Assembly (NCBI GenBank): GCA_964016885.1
Contig: OZ024765.1
Coordinates: 14,632,001-14,696,000 of the forward strand
DNA length: 64,000 bases
Reading direction: 5' to 3'
From: Eledone cirrhosa
Taxonomy: Eukaryota
Made by a program: the position numbers and the translations under genes. Below the pieces are notes generated by a model. The model saw only the letters and a program-made list of their open reading frames with translations, did not search any database and was not told the origin of the DNA. Below are positions 30,908 to 46,089 of this stretch, in pieces (the first letter of the stretch is position 1; the number at the start of each line of letters is the position of its first letter).

Positions 30908-31730
30908 GGAGAGAGATAGAGATAGAGATAGAGATAGAGAGAGAGATAGAGATAGAGAGAGAGATAGTCAGAGAGCACCCACACAGACACAACTACAACC
31001 ATATATACACCTACATACATACACCTACATATATACATACACACCTACATACATACATGCATCTACATACATACATACAGACCTACATACATACACATAT
31101 ACACCTACATACATATATACACGCACAGGTAAGTATATATAAATGCCAGCAGTAGAAATAAAATGAACAAAACATAACCAAACACCAAAAACAAACCAAA
31201 ATGGCTGCTATAAGTCGAGTACTTAAATCTTCAATAACTATGGAATACTCAAGAAAATTTTAAGAGTTCTTCTCGAAGAAAAATAAAAAGAAAAGATAAA
31301 GGCAACACTTACTAAAAACTACAAAATATTACAAAAAAGCAATAAAAGGAAAGTGTATATAAAAATAATAATAAGAAAAAGCCAAGAAAAACGCACACAA
31401 AAGCAACAAAGAAAAGTGTTTGACAGTTACTATCTATTATAATAATGGTTTCTCTGTCTGATATATCTTACAAGAGATTTGGTAGAGATTTGCTAGAGAG
31501 TTGGTAGAGATTTGGGATATTGTGAAGTTAATGGAATATGTAAGATACCATTGTATTACTGGTATACACACACACACACACATATATATATATAAATAAG
31601 AGAGTGTTGAAGTTTGCTTGAAGCATCGTGAAAAAATAAAAAATAGCCATTTTAGAAGCCTCAACAATGCAGATGTTTAAATCTCCGGGTAATAGAATCA
31701 GGTGATAATAAAAGAGAGATAGATAGATAG

Positions 31731-31765
<35 letters not shown>

Positions 31766-32289
31766 TGTAAGAGGAAGCGTAGAAAGAGACGTAGAGAGCG
31801 TAAAAGAACGAAGGAAAAGTGTGAAATATAATAACACGAAGTGATTTAGTAGTCCCTATATTTCGGATTTCACATCCATCAACTGGGATTTTCCAATGGG
31901 AAAATGTTATGTCGGAGGGGGACACCACGTGGCCTCCACTAATTACCGTGTGCGTACAACTTTAAAAAAGCATTAGCATAGAGAAAAGCCTAATATACAC
32001 GATGCAACCCCCAACACACCCCCAACACACACGGGCCTACCATGGCAGGAAGGCCAGCCAATGGGGGTCAGCTAATCGAATAATGAAATGAAGGGAGGGG
32101 TGGGTGAATGACAGGCAGTACATGCGAGCCTCTTCTGTGCCTCAGCGGCGCCACTCGAAAAAAAAAATATGGCAAAGGCGATACCACAGAGAATGGCCAG
32201 AGGCACGCGCTGCAACAGCTATCCCTCCTTGCGTGCCTCCCAGGTAATCTAAGCAATGAGGTTAGCCAATCATTTTTCTCCGTTCCATC

Positions 32290-32537
32290 CCCATTGAAAT
32301 GACGGCTTTTCCACCCCCATTAAATTGGTAGCTGTTCCACCCAATTAAAACGGTAGCTATCCCCGCCCCCCATTAAAATGACGACTGTTCGAACACCATT
32401 AACATATTGGCTGTTCTATCCCAATTAAAATAGCGGATTTTCTGTCCCATTAAAATAGTGGCCGCTCCACCCCTATTAAAATGGTGCCTGTTCTACCCCA
32501 TTAAAATGTTGGCGCTTCCACCTACATTGAAATAGTT
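32290..32537. repeat. Diverged ~26-bp minisatellite, ~10 units
   Basis: Recurring CCCATTAAAAT followed by a GG.GGCTGTTCCAC-like half. Confidence 0.75.
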
Positions 32538-32681
32538 GTTTCTACTTTTGGCACAAGGCCAGCAATTATCCCAGTGTATTACTGGTATTTTATTTTATCG
32601 ACCCCGTAAGGATGAAAGGAAAAGATTAACCCCGGCAGGATTTGAACTCAGACCATAAAGGGCCGTAACTCTATGCTGCAA
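32535..32681 (-). mobile_element. tRNA-derived SINE, same family as 14590
   Basis: Reverse complement of the SINE body. Confidence 0.8.
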
Positions 32682-32981
32682 ATCCCAAAGTATAACAATA
32701 TCGGTTTCAACACACGTTTTCAGATAAAGAATCTTGCTAAAAAAATTCAGAAACGAAATATATATATATATATGTATATACATATATATATATACATACA
32801 CATATATATATATACATACACATATATATATATACATACATATATATATATATACATACATATATATATATATACATACATATATATATACATATACTCT
32901 TTTACCTCTTTTACCTGTTTCAGCCATCCGGCTGAGGCCATGCTGGGGCACCGCCCTGGTATATATATACATACATATATT

Positions 32982-33012
<31 letters not shown>

Positions 33013-33189
33013 GTAATAATAATAAATTCGAAGACTAAAATCCATAGATAATAATAAATATATATATATATATATGTGTGTATGTATATATATATATATA
33101 TATACGTGTGTGTATATTTATATATACATATATATATATATATACATCTCTATATATATTTATATATACATAATATATATGTGTGTATG

Positions 33190-33272
<83 letters not shown>

Positions 33273-33550
33273 CAGCGTTCCTTTGTCAGTGTTGAACAAA
33301 CGAGCAACGATGGTTGCTGGACACTACGGTTTAATACGGGATGTTTGTTTACAAACACACCGAGCATTATAATAAATGTTCGGTGCATCCATACGTACAT
33401 ATATATATATATATGTGTGCATGTATGTATATATATATACATACTACTGAACGTCTGTATACATATATGTATGTACGTGTACATACTTATATTTAAGTAA
33501 CAGCCGTACTAAGAGTGGGAAATGAAATTTCGTTTCATTTTTTCTGTTTA
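33273..33550 (+). mobile_element. Dispersed, diverged partial copy of the 470-bp array unit
   Basis: Matches the reverse complement of 59051-59362 (CGTTCC..TGTCAGTGTTGAACAAA, GTTTGTTTACAAAC, ACGTCTGTATACATATATGTATGTACG, TACTAAGAGTG.GAAATGAAATTTCGTTT); (TA)n on both sides. Confidence 0.85.
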
Positions 33551-33554
33551 TATA

Positions 33555-33604
<50 letters not shown>

Positions 33605-33634
33605 CATCTATATATATATATTTATATATACATA

Positions 33635-33689
<55 letters not shown>

Positions 33690-33720
33690 ATATTTATATA
33701 TATATATATATATGTGTGTA

Positions 33721-33771
<51 letters not shown>

Positions 33772-33895
33772 ATATTTATATATATATATATATATATATA
33801 CATATTTATATATATATACATATTTATATATAAACAAATACACATTCTGTTATTGTGTTTAGAGTACATGTACCCCCGATGGCTCAAAACAACGA

Positions 33896-33926
<31 letters not shown>

Positions 33927-33950
33927 GTGTGTGTGTGTTTGTTTGTGTGC

Positions 33951-34045
<95 letters not shown>

Positions 34046-34308
34046 CTTATGGGTGCATAAACATATATATATATATATATGTATATCTATATGAATATAT
34101 GTATATATATATTTATGTATTTATATATATGTATATATACATATATATATATATAAATATACACATACATATATATATATATAAATATACATATATATAT
34201 ATATACATACATGCACACACACACACATATATGTATATATAAATATATATATATTTATATACACATACATACATACACACATATATATATATATATATAT
34301 ATACACAT

Positions 34309-34353
<45 letters not shown>

Positions 34354-34979
34354 TACACACACACATAAGTGTATGTATATATGTATACACATATTCACTG
34401 AAATACATATACACACACGCACACACACATACATACATACATAAACACGTATATAAACACATATATAAACACACATAGGCAAAGCTACACACCAATATAA
34501 TTATACACCTACACATGCCCCACCCTGTTACATGGACTAGTCCACCAATACTGTTACGACTCCCCACAGCTGAATTCTGGTCACGTAAACCTCAATTGAT
34601 TAAAGTATTGCAGTGAATTCCTTCCGCCATCTTAACTGTAGCAATAATAACAACAACAACAATAATAGTATCGAACGCAGCAACAACAATAAACAACATA
34701 GTGTATAAATAAATGTAACAACAACAACAACAACAGCAAAAGCAACATCGTATATAGCAACATCAACAACTGCAACAGAAATGTGTATAACAACAACAAT
34801 AATAGCAACAACTACAACAACAGGACATCGTATATAGCAACAACAACTGAAGCATAATGTGTAAACAACAACAAAAACAACAACTACAGCAGAAATGTGT
34901 ATACATCAACAAAAACAACAACAACTACAGCAGAAATGTGTATACAACAACTGCAGCAGAAATGTGTATACATCAACAG

Positions 34980-35330
34980 CAACAGCAGACATGTGTATAC
35001 ATCAACAACAACAACAGTAGCATCGTATATAACAACAACAGCAGCAGTAGCATCGTATATAACAACAACAACAACAGCAGCATCGTATATAACAACAACA
35101 ACAACAGCAGCATCGTATATAACAACAACAACAACTGCAGCATCGTATATAACAACAACAACAACTGCAGCAGCATCGTATATAACAACAACAACTGCAG
35201 CAGCATCGTATATAACAACAACAACAACAGCAGCATCGTATATAACAACAACAGCAGCATCGTATATAACAACAACAACTGCAGCATCGTATATAACAAC
35301 AACAACAACTGCAGCAGAAATGTATACAGT
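34980..35330. repeat. ~30-bp minisatellite GCAGCATCGTATATAAC(AAC)n
   Basis: About 10 tandem units. Confidence 0.9.
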
Positions 35331-35454
35331 AACAGTAGGGACAACAAAAACAACAGCGACAACAGAAATGCGTATAGAGCAACAATTCAATCACTACCAC
35401 CAACAATTGTAGTCAGAATAATTGCAATTTCATGACTAACAACAAGAACGTATG

Positions 35455-36635
35455 TAACGATGATGATGATGACTATGATGATGATGATGACTATGATGAT
35501 GATGATGACTATGATGATGAAGAATATGATGATGATGATGACTATGGTGACGAATATGATGATGATGACTATGATGATGACTATGACTATGATGATGATT
35601 ACTATGATGACTATGATGGTGATGACTATGATGATGATGATGACTATGATGACTATGATGGTGATGACTATGATGATGATGATGACTATGATGACTATGA
35701 TGGTGACGATGACTTTGATGGTGATGACTATGATGATGGTGATGACTTTGATGGTGATGACTATGATGATGGTGATGACTTTGATGGTGATGAATATGAT
35801 GATGACTATGATGGTGATGACTATGGTGATGGTGATGACTTTGATGATGGTGATGACTATGATGGTGATGACTTTGACGATGATTACTATGATGAGTATG
35901 ATGGTGATGATGATGACTACGACGATGATGATGACGAGTATGATGATGATGGTGATGACTATGACTACGATTGTGATGACTATGACTATGATGATGATGA
36001 CTATAATGACTATGATGATGATGGTAATGACTATGACTATGATGATGATGACTATGATGGAGATGGTGATGACTATGATGGTGATGACTATGATGGTGAT
36101 AACTATGATGGTGATGACTATGATGGTGATAACTATGATAGTGATGACTATGATGGTGATGGTGATGACTATGATGGTGATGACTATGAATATGATGGTG
36201 ATAGTGATGACTATGACTATGATGGTGATGACTATGTTGGTGATGGTGATGACTATGACTATGATGATGATGACTATGATGGTGAGGACTATGACTATGA
36301 TGGTGATGACTATGACTATGATGGTGATGACTATGACTATGATGGTGAGGACTATGACTATGATGGTGATGACTATGACTATGATGGTGATGACTATGAC
36401 TATGATGGTGATGACTATGGCTATGATGGTGATGACTATCGCTATGACTATGACTATGATGGTGATGGCTATGATGGTGATGATTATGATGGTGATGACT
36501 ATTATGGTGATGACTATGACTATGATGGTGATGACTATGGCTATGACTATGATGGTGATGGCTATGATGGTGATGATGACTATGATGGTCATGACTATGA
36601 TGACTATGATGGTGATGGCTATGATGATGATGACA
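35455..36635. repeat. Cryptic trinucleotide array (GAT/GAC/TAT/GGT)
   Basis: 1.2 kb of in-phase triplets, open in several frames. Confidence 0.9.
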
Positions 36636-36739
36636 GTTAATAAGGAAGGCGGGTATCGATTCATTAAAAAATTATTCTAATCAAACGTTCAGCTGATTGA
36701 CTGATTAAACGAATTGAAAGCAATGAACTGAATCATCCC

Positions 36740-38500
36740 TTGGTGGTGGTGTTGTGGTGGTGTGGTGGTGGTGTGCTGGTGATGTGGTGGTGTGATGGTG
36801 TGGTGGTGGTGCGGTGTGGTGGTGTTGTGGTGGTGTTGGTGTTGGTTTGGTGGTGGTGTGGTGTGGTGGTGGGGTGATGTGGTGTTGTTGTTGTGATGGT
36901 GGCGGTGATGTGGTGTTGTTGTTGTGGTGGTGGTGGTGGTGTGGTGGTAGAGGTGGTAGTGGTGGTGGTGGTGTGGTGGTGGTTGTGTTGTTGTTGTGGT
37001 GGTGCTGGTGGTAGAGGTGGTGGTGTTGTTGTTGGTGTTGTTGGTGGTGGTGGTGGTGTTGTTGTAGGTGTGTTGTTGCTGTTGTTGGTGGTGTTGTTGG
37101 TGGTGGTGTCGTTGTAGGTGTGTTATTGGTGTTAGTGGTGGTGGTGTTGAGGCGGTTGTTGTTGTTGAAATGCAAGCTGTTGTTGTACTGGCAATTGTTG
37201 TTGTTGTTGTTGTTGTCTTTGTAGTAGCAGCTGTTGTAGTTGTTACAGCAGCTTCTTCTTCAACCCTACATCATAAAGACCACCACTACTACCACCATCA
37301 CAACCACAACCACCATCATCATCATCACCACAACCACCACCACCACCACCACTACTACCACCACCACAACCACCATCATCATCATCACCACAACCACCAC
37401 CACCACAACCACCATCATCATCATCACCACAACCACCACCACCACAACCACCATCATCATCATCATCACCACAACTACTAGCACCACCACCACCACCACA
37501 ACCACCACCACCACAACCACCATCATCATCATCACCACAACCACCACCACTACTACCACCACCACCACAACCACCATCATCATCATCACCACAACCACCA
37601 CCACTACTAGCACCACCACCACCACCACTACCACCACCACCACAACCACCATTATCATCACCACAACCACCACCACCACAACCACCATCATCATCATCAC
37701 CACAACCACCACCACTACTACCACCACCACCACAACCACCATCATCATCATCACCACACCACAACCACCACCACTACAACCACCACCACCACAACCACCA
37801 TCATCATCATCACCACACCACAACCACCACCACTACTACCACCACCACCACAACCACCATCATCATCATCACCACAACCACCACCACCACCACCACCACC
37901 ACCACTACTACCACCACCACCACAACCACCATCATCATCATCACCACAACCACCACCACAACCACCACCACTACCACCACCACCACAACCACCATCATCA
38001 TCATCACCACAACCACCACCACCACCACCACCACCACTACTACCACCACCACAACCACCATCATCATCATCACCACAACCACCACCACCACCACCACCAC
38101 CACTACTACCAACACCACCACCACCATCATCATCATCTTGATGTTCCGTATTGATTTGAACGAAATTCGACCTAGAAAAAATATATTCCACACAACGGAC
38201 TGGAAACTACCAGAAAAGCAGCACACCACCACCACAGCACCACCACCACCACCACAGCACCACCACCACCACCACCATCACCATACCGCCACAGCACCAC
38301 AGGCACCATCACCACCACCACCACCACAGGCACCACTACCACCACCATCACCCTACCGCCACAGCACCACAGGTAGCATCACCACCACCACCACCACCAC
38401 CACCACACCGCCACAGGCACCACCACCACCACCACCACCACCACACACCACCACCGCAGCACTACAGGCACTACCACACCACCACAACTAGCAACGCCAT
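36740..38500. repeat. (GGT)n then (CAC/CAT/AAC)n low-complexity arrays
   Basis: Directly visible triplet repeats. Confidence 0.9.
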
Positions 38501-38792
38501 CATCACTACCACAATCATCACTATCATCACTACCACAACTACCACCACAACAATCTCCACTATAATTACCAACACCAGCCCAACAACAACACAAACCCCA
38601 ACCAGAACAACAACAGCCACCGCCACCGCCACCACCAAAACAACAACAACAACAACGGTAACGACAATGAAAAGATCCACCGCCGCCGCCGCCAAACAAC
38701 AACCACAACAACGTCAATAAAACAAGTGACATTAACAAAACGAGTAAAACAACAACCAACAAAAATGATGATAATAATAATAATAATAATAA

Positions 38793-39300
38793 TGTTTTCT
38801 TTATTAACCACAAGGGTTTACATAAAGTAGACATTAAGGACAGTACAGGACAATACAGTACGGTACAAATGGGCGTTTCTGCGTGTAAAGAACAAAAACA
38901 GAGGATGTAACAAAAAATAACAATGAAAAATTCCCCAATAGGGGGGAGACTTCGAAGGGAAAGCCCATTAAAAAGCCACAGTGACCCTGACCACCAGGGC
39001 AAGTGCCCTCTCCCAGTTTTCCACCTTTAATTTACAGACACATACTCAGGCCAGTCTTGCCTCTCTCACCCATCTTTCAACAAAATGCTGGGAAGAGAGC
39101 ACTCCCCTCTCTCTCCTGATTTTCCTTTTCAAATGAAATTTGAAAAAGTCAATCAGGGCATCGCCGAAGAGGTAAGTGCTCGTCTTCAACCCTTTCAGAC
39201 GTGTCCACCATACTATCTCTTTCGCCATGGCCACCAGACAGATAAAAACTGCCTGCCCTTCCCGGCTAAAGCAAGAGGGCGGGGCAATCCTCACGATGGA
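38793..39300 (-). mobile_element. L1/Tx1-like LINE 3' fragment, second subfamily
   Basis: AVFICLVAMAKEIVWWTRLK...FVERWV is homologous to 43142-43465; (AAT)n on both sides; a 3'-UTR stub is repeated at 39542-39660. Confidence 0.7.
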
Positions 39301-39304
39301 CTCA

Positions 39305-39657
39305 TAATAATAATAATAATAATAATAATAATTGTTTCTACTTTTGGCATAATGATAATAATTATTTCTACATTAGGCACAAGGCCAGCAATTAACCAGT
39401 GTATTACTGGTACTTTATTTTATCGACCCCGTAAGGATGAAAGGCAAAGTTAACCTTGGCAGCATTTGAATTCAAAATGGCAAGGGCCGAAACTCTATGC
39501 GTCAAAGCGTGGCGTCCGACCCTCTACCGATACTGCCATGCTTTATTTATTTACCACAAGGGTTTACACAAAGTAGACATTAAGGACAGTACAGGACGGT
39601 ACAAAAGGGCATTTCTGCGTGTAAAAAAAACAAGAAACAGAGGATGTAATAGAACAA

Positions 39658-39698
<41 letters not shown>

Positions 39699-39881
39699 TG
39701 TTTCTATTTTAGGCACAAGGCCAGCAAATCACCCAGTACATTACTGGTACTTTATTTTATCGACCCCGTAAGGGTGAAAGGCAAAGTTAACCTCGGTGGG
39801 ATTTGAACTCAGATCATAAAGGGACGTAACTCTATGCTTCAAAGCATGGCCTCCGACTCTCTACCGATACTGCCAATCCAC
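39305..39881 (-). mobile_element. Stacked SINE copies (39305-39350 stub, 39351-39538, 39660-39881)
   Basis: Same family as 14590, with (AAT)n tails. Confidence 0.8.
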
Positions 39882-40228
39882 CATAATAATAATAATAATA
39901 GTAGTAGTAATGGTAGCCGTAATAGTAATAATAGTAGTAACAACAACAACAAGAACAACAACAACTAATACTACTACCACTAATACCACTACTACTACTA
40001 CTACTACATAGTAATAAAAATGTTTTTCTGCGCCATTCAAAATATAATAGGACAGACGTTTTACATCAATATTTGTACTTGCTGTGTATAAATCTACATA
40101 CAAAGGTGTATATACACATGTATATATAAATGTATATATACATATATGTATATGTGTATGTATGTGTGGATGTGTGTATTCACAAGTGTATTTTTCATAT
40201 ATATATATATATGTATGTGTATATTATC

Positions 40229-40309
<81 letters not shown>

Positions 40310-40499
40310 AATGTATGTATATATGGAGACATATATAGCAGGGAAATGGAGAAACATGTGTAGAAATACAAATGTATATACATAAATATATATGTGTATG
40401 TATATATATACATACCTATATATATGTGTATATATATACCTATATCTATCTATATATATATATAAATATATACATATATATATAGATGTATATATATAA

Positions 40500-40540
<41 letters not shown>

Positions 40541-40673
40541 CATATATATATAGATGTATATATATAAATAAATATATATATATATTTATATATATATATA
40601 TAAATACATATATATATAGATGTATATATATAAATAAATATATATATATATTTATATATATATATATAAATAC

Positions 40674-40728
<55 letters not shown>

Positions 40729-40873
40729 CATATATATATATATATATAAATAAATATATATATATATTTATATATATATATATATATAAATACATATATA
40801 TATATATATAAATACATATATATATATATAAATACATATATATATATATATATAAATACATATATATATATAC

Positions 40874-40918
<45 letters not shown>

Positions 40919-41362
40919 AGTACATACATATATACATGTACATAAATATATACATGTACATACATATATACATGTATATAAACATACAGGTAGACATACA
41001 TATTTCATAATGAGATAAGTAGTCACAGAAATTCTGAAAGGAAAATTGATAATGCTGTTTAAAAAAAATGTATGTATACGTGAGCATATAATATTGTTAA
41101 TTATAGATATAGGTAGATTGATACACAGGTGTACATGATTGAATATCTAAATAGATAATATATATAAATATATATATATATATAGTTTTAATATAGATGA
41201 GATTCTACAGGACTAGAACTGTTTTATTCTTTAGAAATCATCAGGAATCTGGGTATCAAAAAATAAGTATGGTATTTATAGGTATTTACAAGTGGTAGGA
41301 GAGGGTGGGGAGTGGGATGGGTGTAGGTCATTGGTTGATAGAAAAGGGAATTCATTAAAAGC

Positions 41363-41443
<81 letters not shown>

Positions 41444-41552
41444 ATATATATATAATAATAAGAATAAATTTGAAGACTAAAATCCAAAGAGGGCTCGATA
41501 AGGATAAATATATATCAAATATATAAGAACAGTAGAGCAAATATTTATTAAT

Positions 41553-41664
41553 ATAACAGATTAAAGTTTAAGCAAGGAATCGCTGCTTTCACCCATAACG
41601 GGATTTCAGAAGATCCCGTTAAGGGTGAAAGCAGCAATTCTTTGCTTAAACTTTAATCTGTTAT
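41553..41664. repeat. Foldback, 52-bp arms, HHR-like remnant
   Basis: 41553-41604 vs 41613-41664 inverted; CAGAAGA-T-CCC(GTTAA)GGG-T-GAAA; the arm is shared with 27240-27266. Confidence 0.75.
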
Positions 41665-41721
41665 TTTAATATATATATATATATTAAATATAATTTTAAT
41701 ATATATATATATTAAATATAA

Positions 41722-41762
<41 letters not shown>

Positions 41763-41967
41763 AATATATATATATTTATATAATTTTAATATATATATAT
41801 ATTAATATAATTTTAATATATATATATATTTAATATATATAATTTTAATATATATATATATTTAATATATATATATATATATATATTTAATATATATATA
41901 TATATATATTTTATATATATATATATATATATTTTATATATATATATATATATATTTTATATATATA

Positions 41968-42043
<76 letters not shown>

Positions 42044-42121
42044 GTGTATACTTACAATTATACATAGGTGTATATACATCCATGCATGTATGTTCGTTTG
42101 CATTTATCCATGCACGTATGC

Positions 42122-42156
<35 letters not shown>

Positions 42157-42313
42157 CATATATATATATATATTCATATATATATATATATATATACACA
42201 TTCATATATATATATATATTCATATATATATATATATATATACACATTCATATATATATATATATTCATATATATATATATATATATACACATTCATATA
42301 TATATATATATTC

Positions 42314-42346
<33 letters not shown>

Positions 42347-42833
42347 TATATATATATATATGAATGTATGTATATATATATACACACACACACACATATA
42401 TATATATATGAATGTATGTATATATATATATATATATACACACACACCTGTATATATGTGTGTGTCTTTGTATGTTTGTCTGTGTGTACGTGTGTCTGTG
42501 TAGGTGGCAAAATTTAATTAGGAGTTCAGATCGAGCACATGTATATGTACGTCAGTGTGTGTGTATCTGTGTGTGTGTGTGTGTGTGTGTGTGAGTTCGT
42601 GGGTGTGTGTGTGTGGGGTGTGTATAGAGAGTACATCAGACGTACAGAAATAATAAACAGATTGACATATATATATATATTTATATATATATATATATAT
42701 GAGATGCGAGAAAAACCGCAAACCCTCCATCTCAATTCTACGTTTGAAAAGCACAAGACCTGCTAAACCGGTAACGGAACCATATAAATATAAAAAAAAA
42801 ACTCCAATTGCATTTTCTATTTCATCCATTTTT

Positions 42834-42882
<49 letters not shown>

Positions 42883-42901
42883 TATATAGATATAGATAGA
42901 T

Positions 42902-43520
42902 ATGTTTCTTTATTAGCCACAGGGGCACAAAAGAAGGGGACAAATACAGAGGGGGAAGTTTACATGCAATAAAAACGTGTAAAATATTATCACAATTGCA
43001 ATTTAAAAAATTAGTCTATTTTCCCCAATAGGGGGAGACAGTTCATATGGGTAACACATACCCCCGAAAAAATGTGCAACCCTCATCTCCGGGAGTACGA
43101 AGAGTGAGTACCCCTTTCCTCTCTTCCTCTTTTTCCTCAACCTACAGGCTGATATAGAGAGAAGGCCCATTCACTCGGGCCATTCTCGCCACTTTCACCC
43201 ACCTTTCATAAAACTTGCTGGGGTACAGCACCTCTCTCTCCATCCTGATTCTTCTTCCAAAGTGGTATTTGAAAAAAAGAATCAGTTGTTGGCCGGAGAG
43301 AAAGGTGTCTGACCTCAGCACTTTAAACCTTGTCCACCATACAACCTCTTTCGCCATAGCTATCACACAAAGGAAAACCGCCTCTCCTTCGTTTTTGAAG
43401 GAGGCTGGCGGTTCGATCATGACGATGGACTCGGTGGTCAACCGGATTGGTCCCACCAGCGACAATAGTCGCTCTACATAGCCCCACAGATCGGTGACGC
43501 CCGGGCATTGTATGAATGCG
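42902..43520 (-). mobile_element. L1/Tx1-like LINE 3' fragment
   Basis: AFIQCPGVTDLWGYVE...AMAKEVVWWTR resembles the C...W...AK..W..R tail of L1/Tx1 ORF2; 3' UTR with AATAAA; GATA-type microsatellite on both sides. Confidence 0.7.
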
Positions 43521-43602
43521 TATAGACAGATAGATAGTCAGCTGGATAGATAGATATATAGATAGATATATAGACAGATATATAGAGAGACAGACAGATA
43601 GT

Positions 43603-43642
<40 letters not shown>

Positions 43643-44181
43643 ATATATATATAAATATATATATAAAATTATCGAGAATCGGAACTTCGGCCCACGAAAT
43701 AACGAAAAACAATCTTCGAAATGTGCGGCAAAGTGCTCAATGGTTCGGGTGAACCAGAGCTATAACTAACGTTTAATACCAAACACACTGAGACGATGCT
43801 TAAACAATCATTCGCACAGCCAAAAAATACGATCAAGTAATTCGGGTCAAACAAATAAAAAATATATATATAGAGAGAGAGAGAGGTGGGGGCGGGGGAG
43901 AGATATGGGAATTTACATTTTGATGAATCAAGGGTTTGCATTAATGAAACTGAATATTTATTACATCTATTACACGTGAAAATTATTCACTGTAAAAATA
44001 TTTTAATTTAGAGCTAGGATATATTTACATAAATGTTCAATATATATACAAAGTATATAGAGCGTTAAATGTATGAGATATTTCAGTGGAATAGGTATTT
44101 CATGTATTCCTATGGACAAATATAGGGTTAGAAGCCAGGACCTGGTGAATAAATAGCGAATATCTTATCGTCTTATTGTAG

Positions 44182-44362
44182 GGATTGGCAATACCGGTAG
44201 AGGGTCGGACGCCATGCTTTGCAGCATAGTTACGTCCCTTTACGATCTGAGTTCAAATCCCGTCGAGGTTGACTTTGCCTTTCATCCTTACGGGGTCGAT
44301 AAAATAAAGTACCAGTAATACACTGCGTAATTGCTGGCCTTGTGCCTAAAGTAGAAACAATT
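44182..44362 (+). mobile_element. Full-length tRNA-derived SINE
   Basis: Same family as 14590; possible TSD ATTGTAG. Confidence 0.85.
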
Positions 44363-44545
44363 GTAGTGAATTCACTGAGATTCGGAAATTCATAGTGTGT
44401 AAGTGTCTATGTATAAATTATGAAGGTTCTTACGTATATATATAAAAATGCATATATATATATATATGTATATATATATCCAGCGAATTTTCTACCGTCA
44501 AGGTTGTTTCCTACGGTTATGTCAATATTTATAAAACAAATTTTG

Positions 44546-44610
44546 TATTTTATCTGATGAAAGCGCACCAAGACTGCCTTGGTTGCCCTTGAAATATATA
44601 CAATAAAATA
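44546..44610 (+). ncRNA. Type I HHR motif with a mutated cleavage triplet
   Basis: TATTTTAT-CTGATGA-AAG.GCA-CCAAG(ACTGC)CTTGG.TGC.CTT-GAAA-T(ATAT)A-CA-ATAAAATA; position U16.1 is C. Confidence 0.7.
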
Positions 44611-44651
44611 ATTATGGTTTTATAAATATAGTTTCCATTTATTAACATATC

Positions 44652-44696
<45 letters not shown>

Positions 44697-44779
44697 TGTA
44701 ATAAACAACATAAAGCAATTATTTCATTTACCAGTGGTTTCTTGAAAGGAAACAAATTTTGCTTTCAATCATCAGAATG

Positions 44780-44814
<35 letters not shown>

Positions 44815-44875
44815 TGTATGTATGTATGTATGTATGTATGTATGTATGTATGTATGTATGTATGTATAATGTTTA

Positions 44876-45388
44876 TGTCAGGTCACCAGTTGGTGCTACT
44901 GGTAACATGTATCCCAGTACAATCTAAAAACAAAAGCTGTCAAAGGGCAAAGGAGCTCTTAAGAGTCAATGGCCATCCAAAATCACCGGGAGAGATGACC
45001 CCTTAGCCTTTGTCAAGGCAGAATTCTAGGAGAAGGAAAACTCTGATATAACACCTGCAACTCTGATGGTATCCAATGATGTTGACTTCTTTTTGGTAAA
45101 TATCATCTTGGTTAAGAGAGTGGGAATGGCTTTGTGCAGTGCTCACTATAAAAGCTTCACGGCACAGGCATTGCTTTATATCTGGAGATCTCTCTGCACT
45201 TGTCGTGACGTGGTACCATGGGCCCACCACTATGTGTCAATAATTGTCACAAGTGTAGTGTTTGTACCAGAGTTTTCAAGTCGCTGGCTGGACTAAAAAG
45301 TCACACTCGTTCAGCGCATCGGTAGGGGTTCTCCAACATGGATATAAAGTAGTGGCCGTACTCGAAAACGAGTTGGCAACCACCATGT
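44876..45388 (+). mobile_element. RTE-derived retroposon, copy 2 (internal deletion)
   Basis: Matches 23018-23630 minus ~23066-23152; possible TSD ATGTATAATGT. Confidence 0.7.
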
Positions 45389-46044
45389 ATAATGTAAACA
45401 GAAATAACAACACAATCAGTACAGGATATGGAAGGAATATATTACATTAACGCTTGAAATAGCATGAAGAGGGCCTTATCGTTTCGGAAGCTAGTCCTTC
45501 ATCAGTAGAAAGAATGAAAAATAAGGTAGATTGAAGGGACGCGTGGGTTGGAATGGAAAAAAATATATATATAGTAGAAAAAATTAGAAAGTTTCGTTTG
45601 TATGTATTGGATTTTTATTGTTTAACGATCTGTTACTCGCGTTCATAAGAATGCACACTTTCGTTAATTAATGAGGAAGACGACTTCGTGGGCGTACGTT
45701 ACTATAACAGTTTCCACGGTCCCAATCCGCTTCTGGTTCACTGAGAGATGGAGCCGTGTGCAGAAGGTTAGGTAATGATAGTACACATTACGTAAACTAG
45801 GTGCTGGCGTCGTTTCGTCAGCGGGTTTTCGCCTCTCAGTTAAGGCGGGCCAACTGTCTAAGTTGCTGATAGCAAGGGAAGGTAGAAGCATGTCCTCTAA
45901 TAAAGTGTGACCTCACATCAAAGAGGAGGAAAGCCAGGCCTTACAAGGTACAGGGGATCACGTTGACAGTAAGTTCACATTGAAAAAATATGATTGTTGC
46001 CAAAAGCACTCAACCATTCTGCTTTCAAATAGAAAATAAATACA

Positions 46045-46089
<45 letters not shown>

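Noticed and set aside
32290-32537. CRISPR-like look (constant 11-mer plus variable part)
   Set aside because: The variable parts are related to each other, the unit is only ~26 bp, the context is eukaryotic and there are no cas genes.
35432-36640. 402-aa Asp/Tyr/Gly-rich ORF resembling acidic biomineralisation proteins
   Set aside because: Open in several frames and on both strands, no signal peptide or splice support; a triplet repeat explains it.
37240-38235. His-rich or Gly/Cys/Asp-rich ORFs
   Set aside because: Pure CAC/CAT/AAC repeat with no unique coding context.
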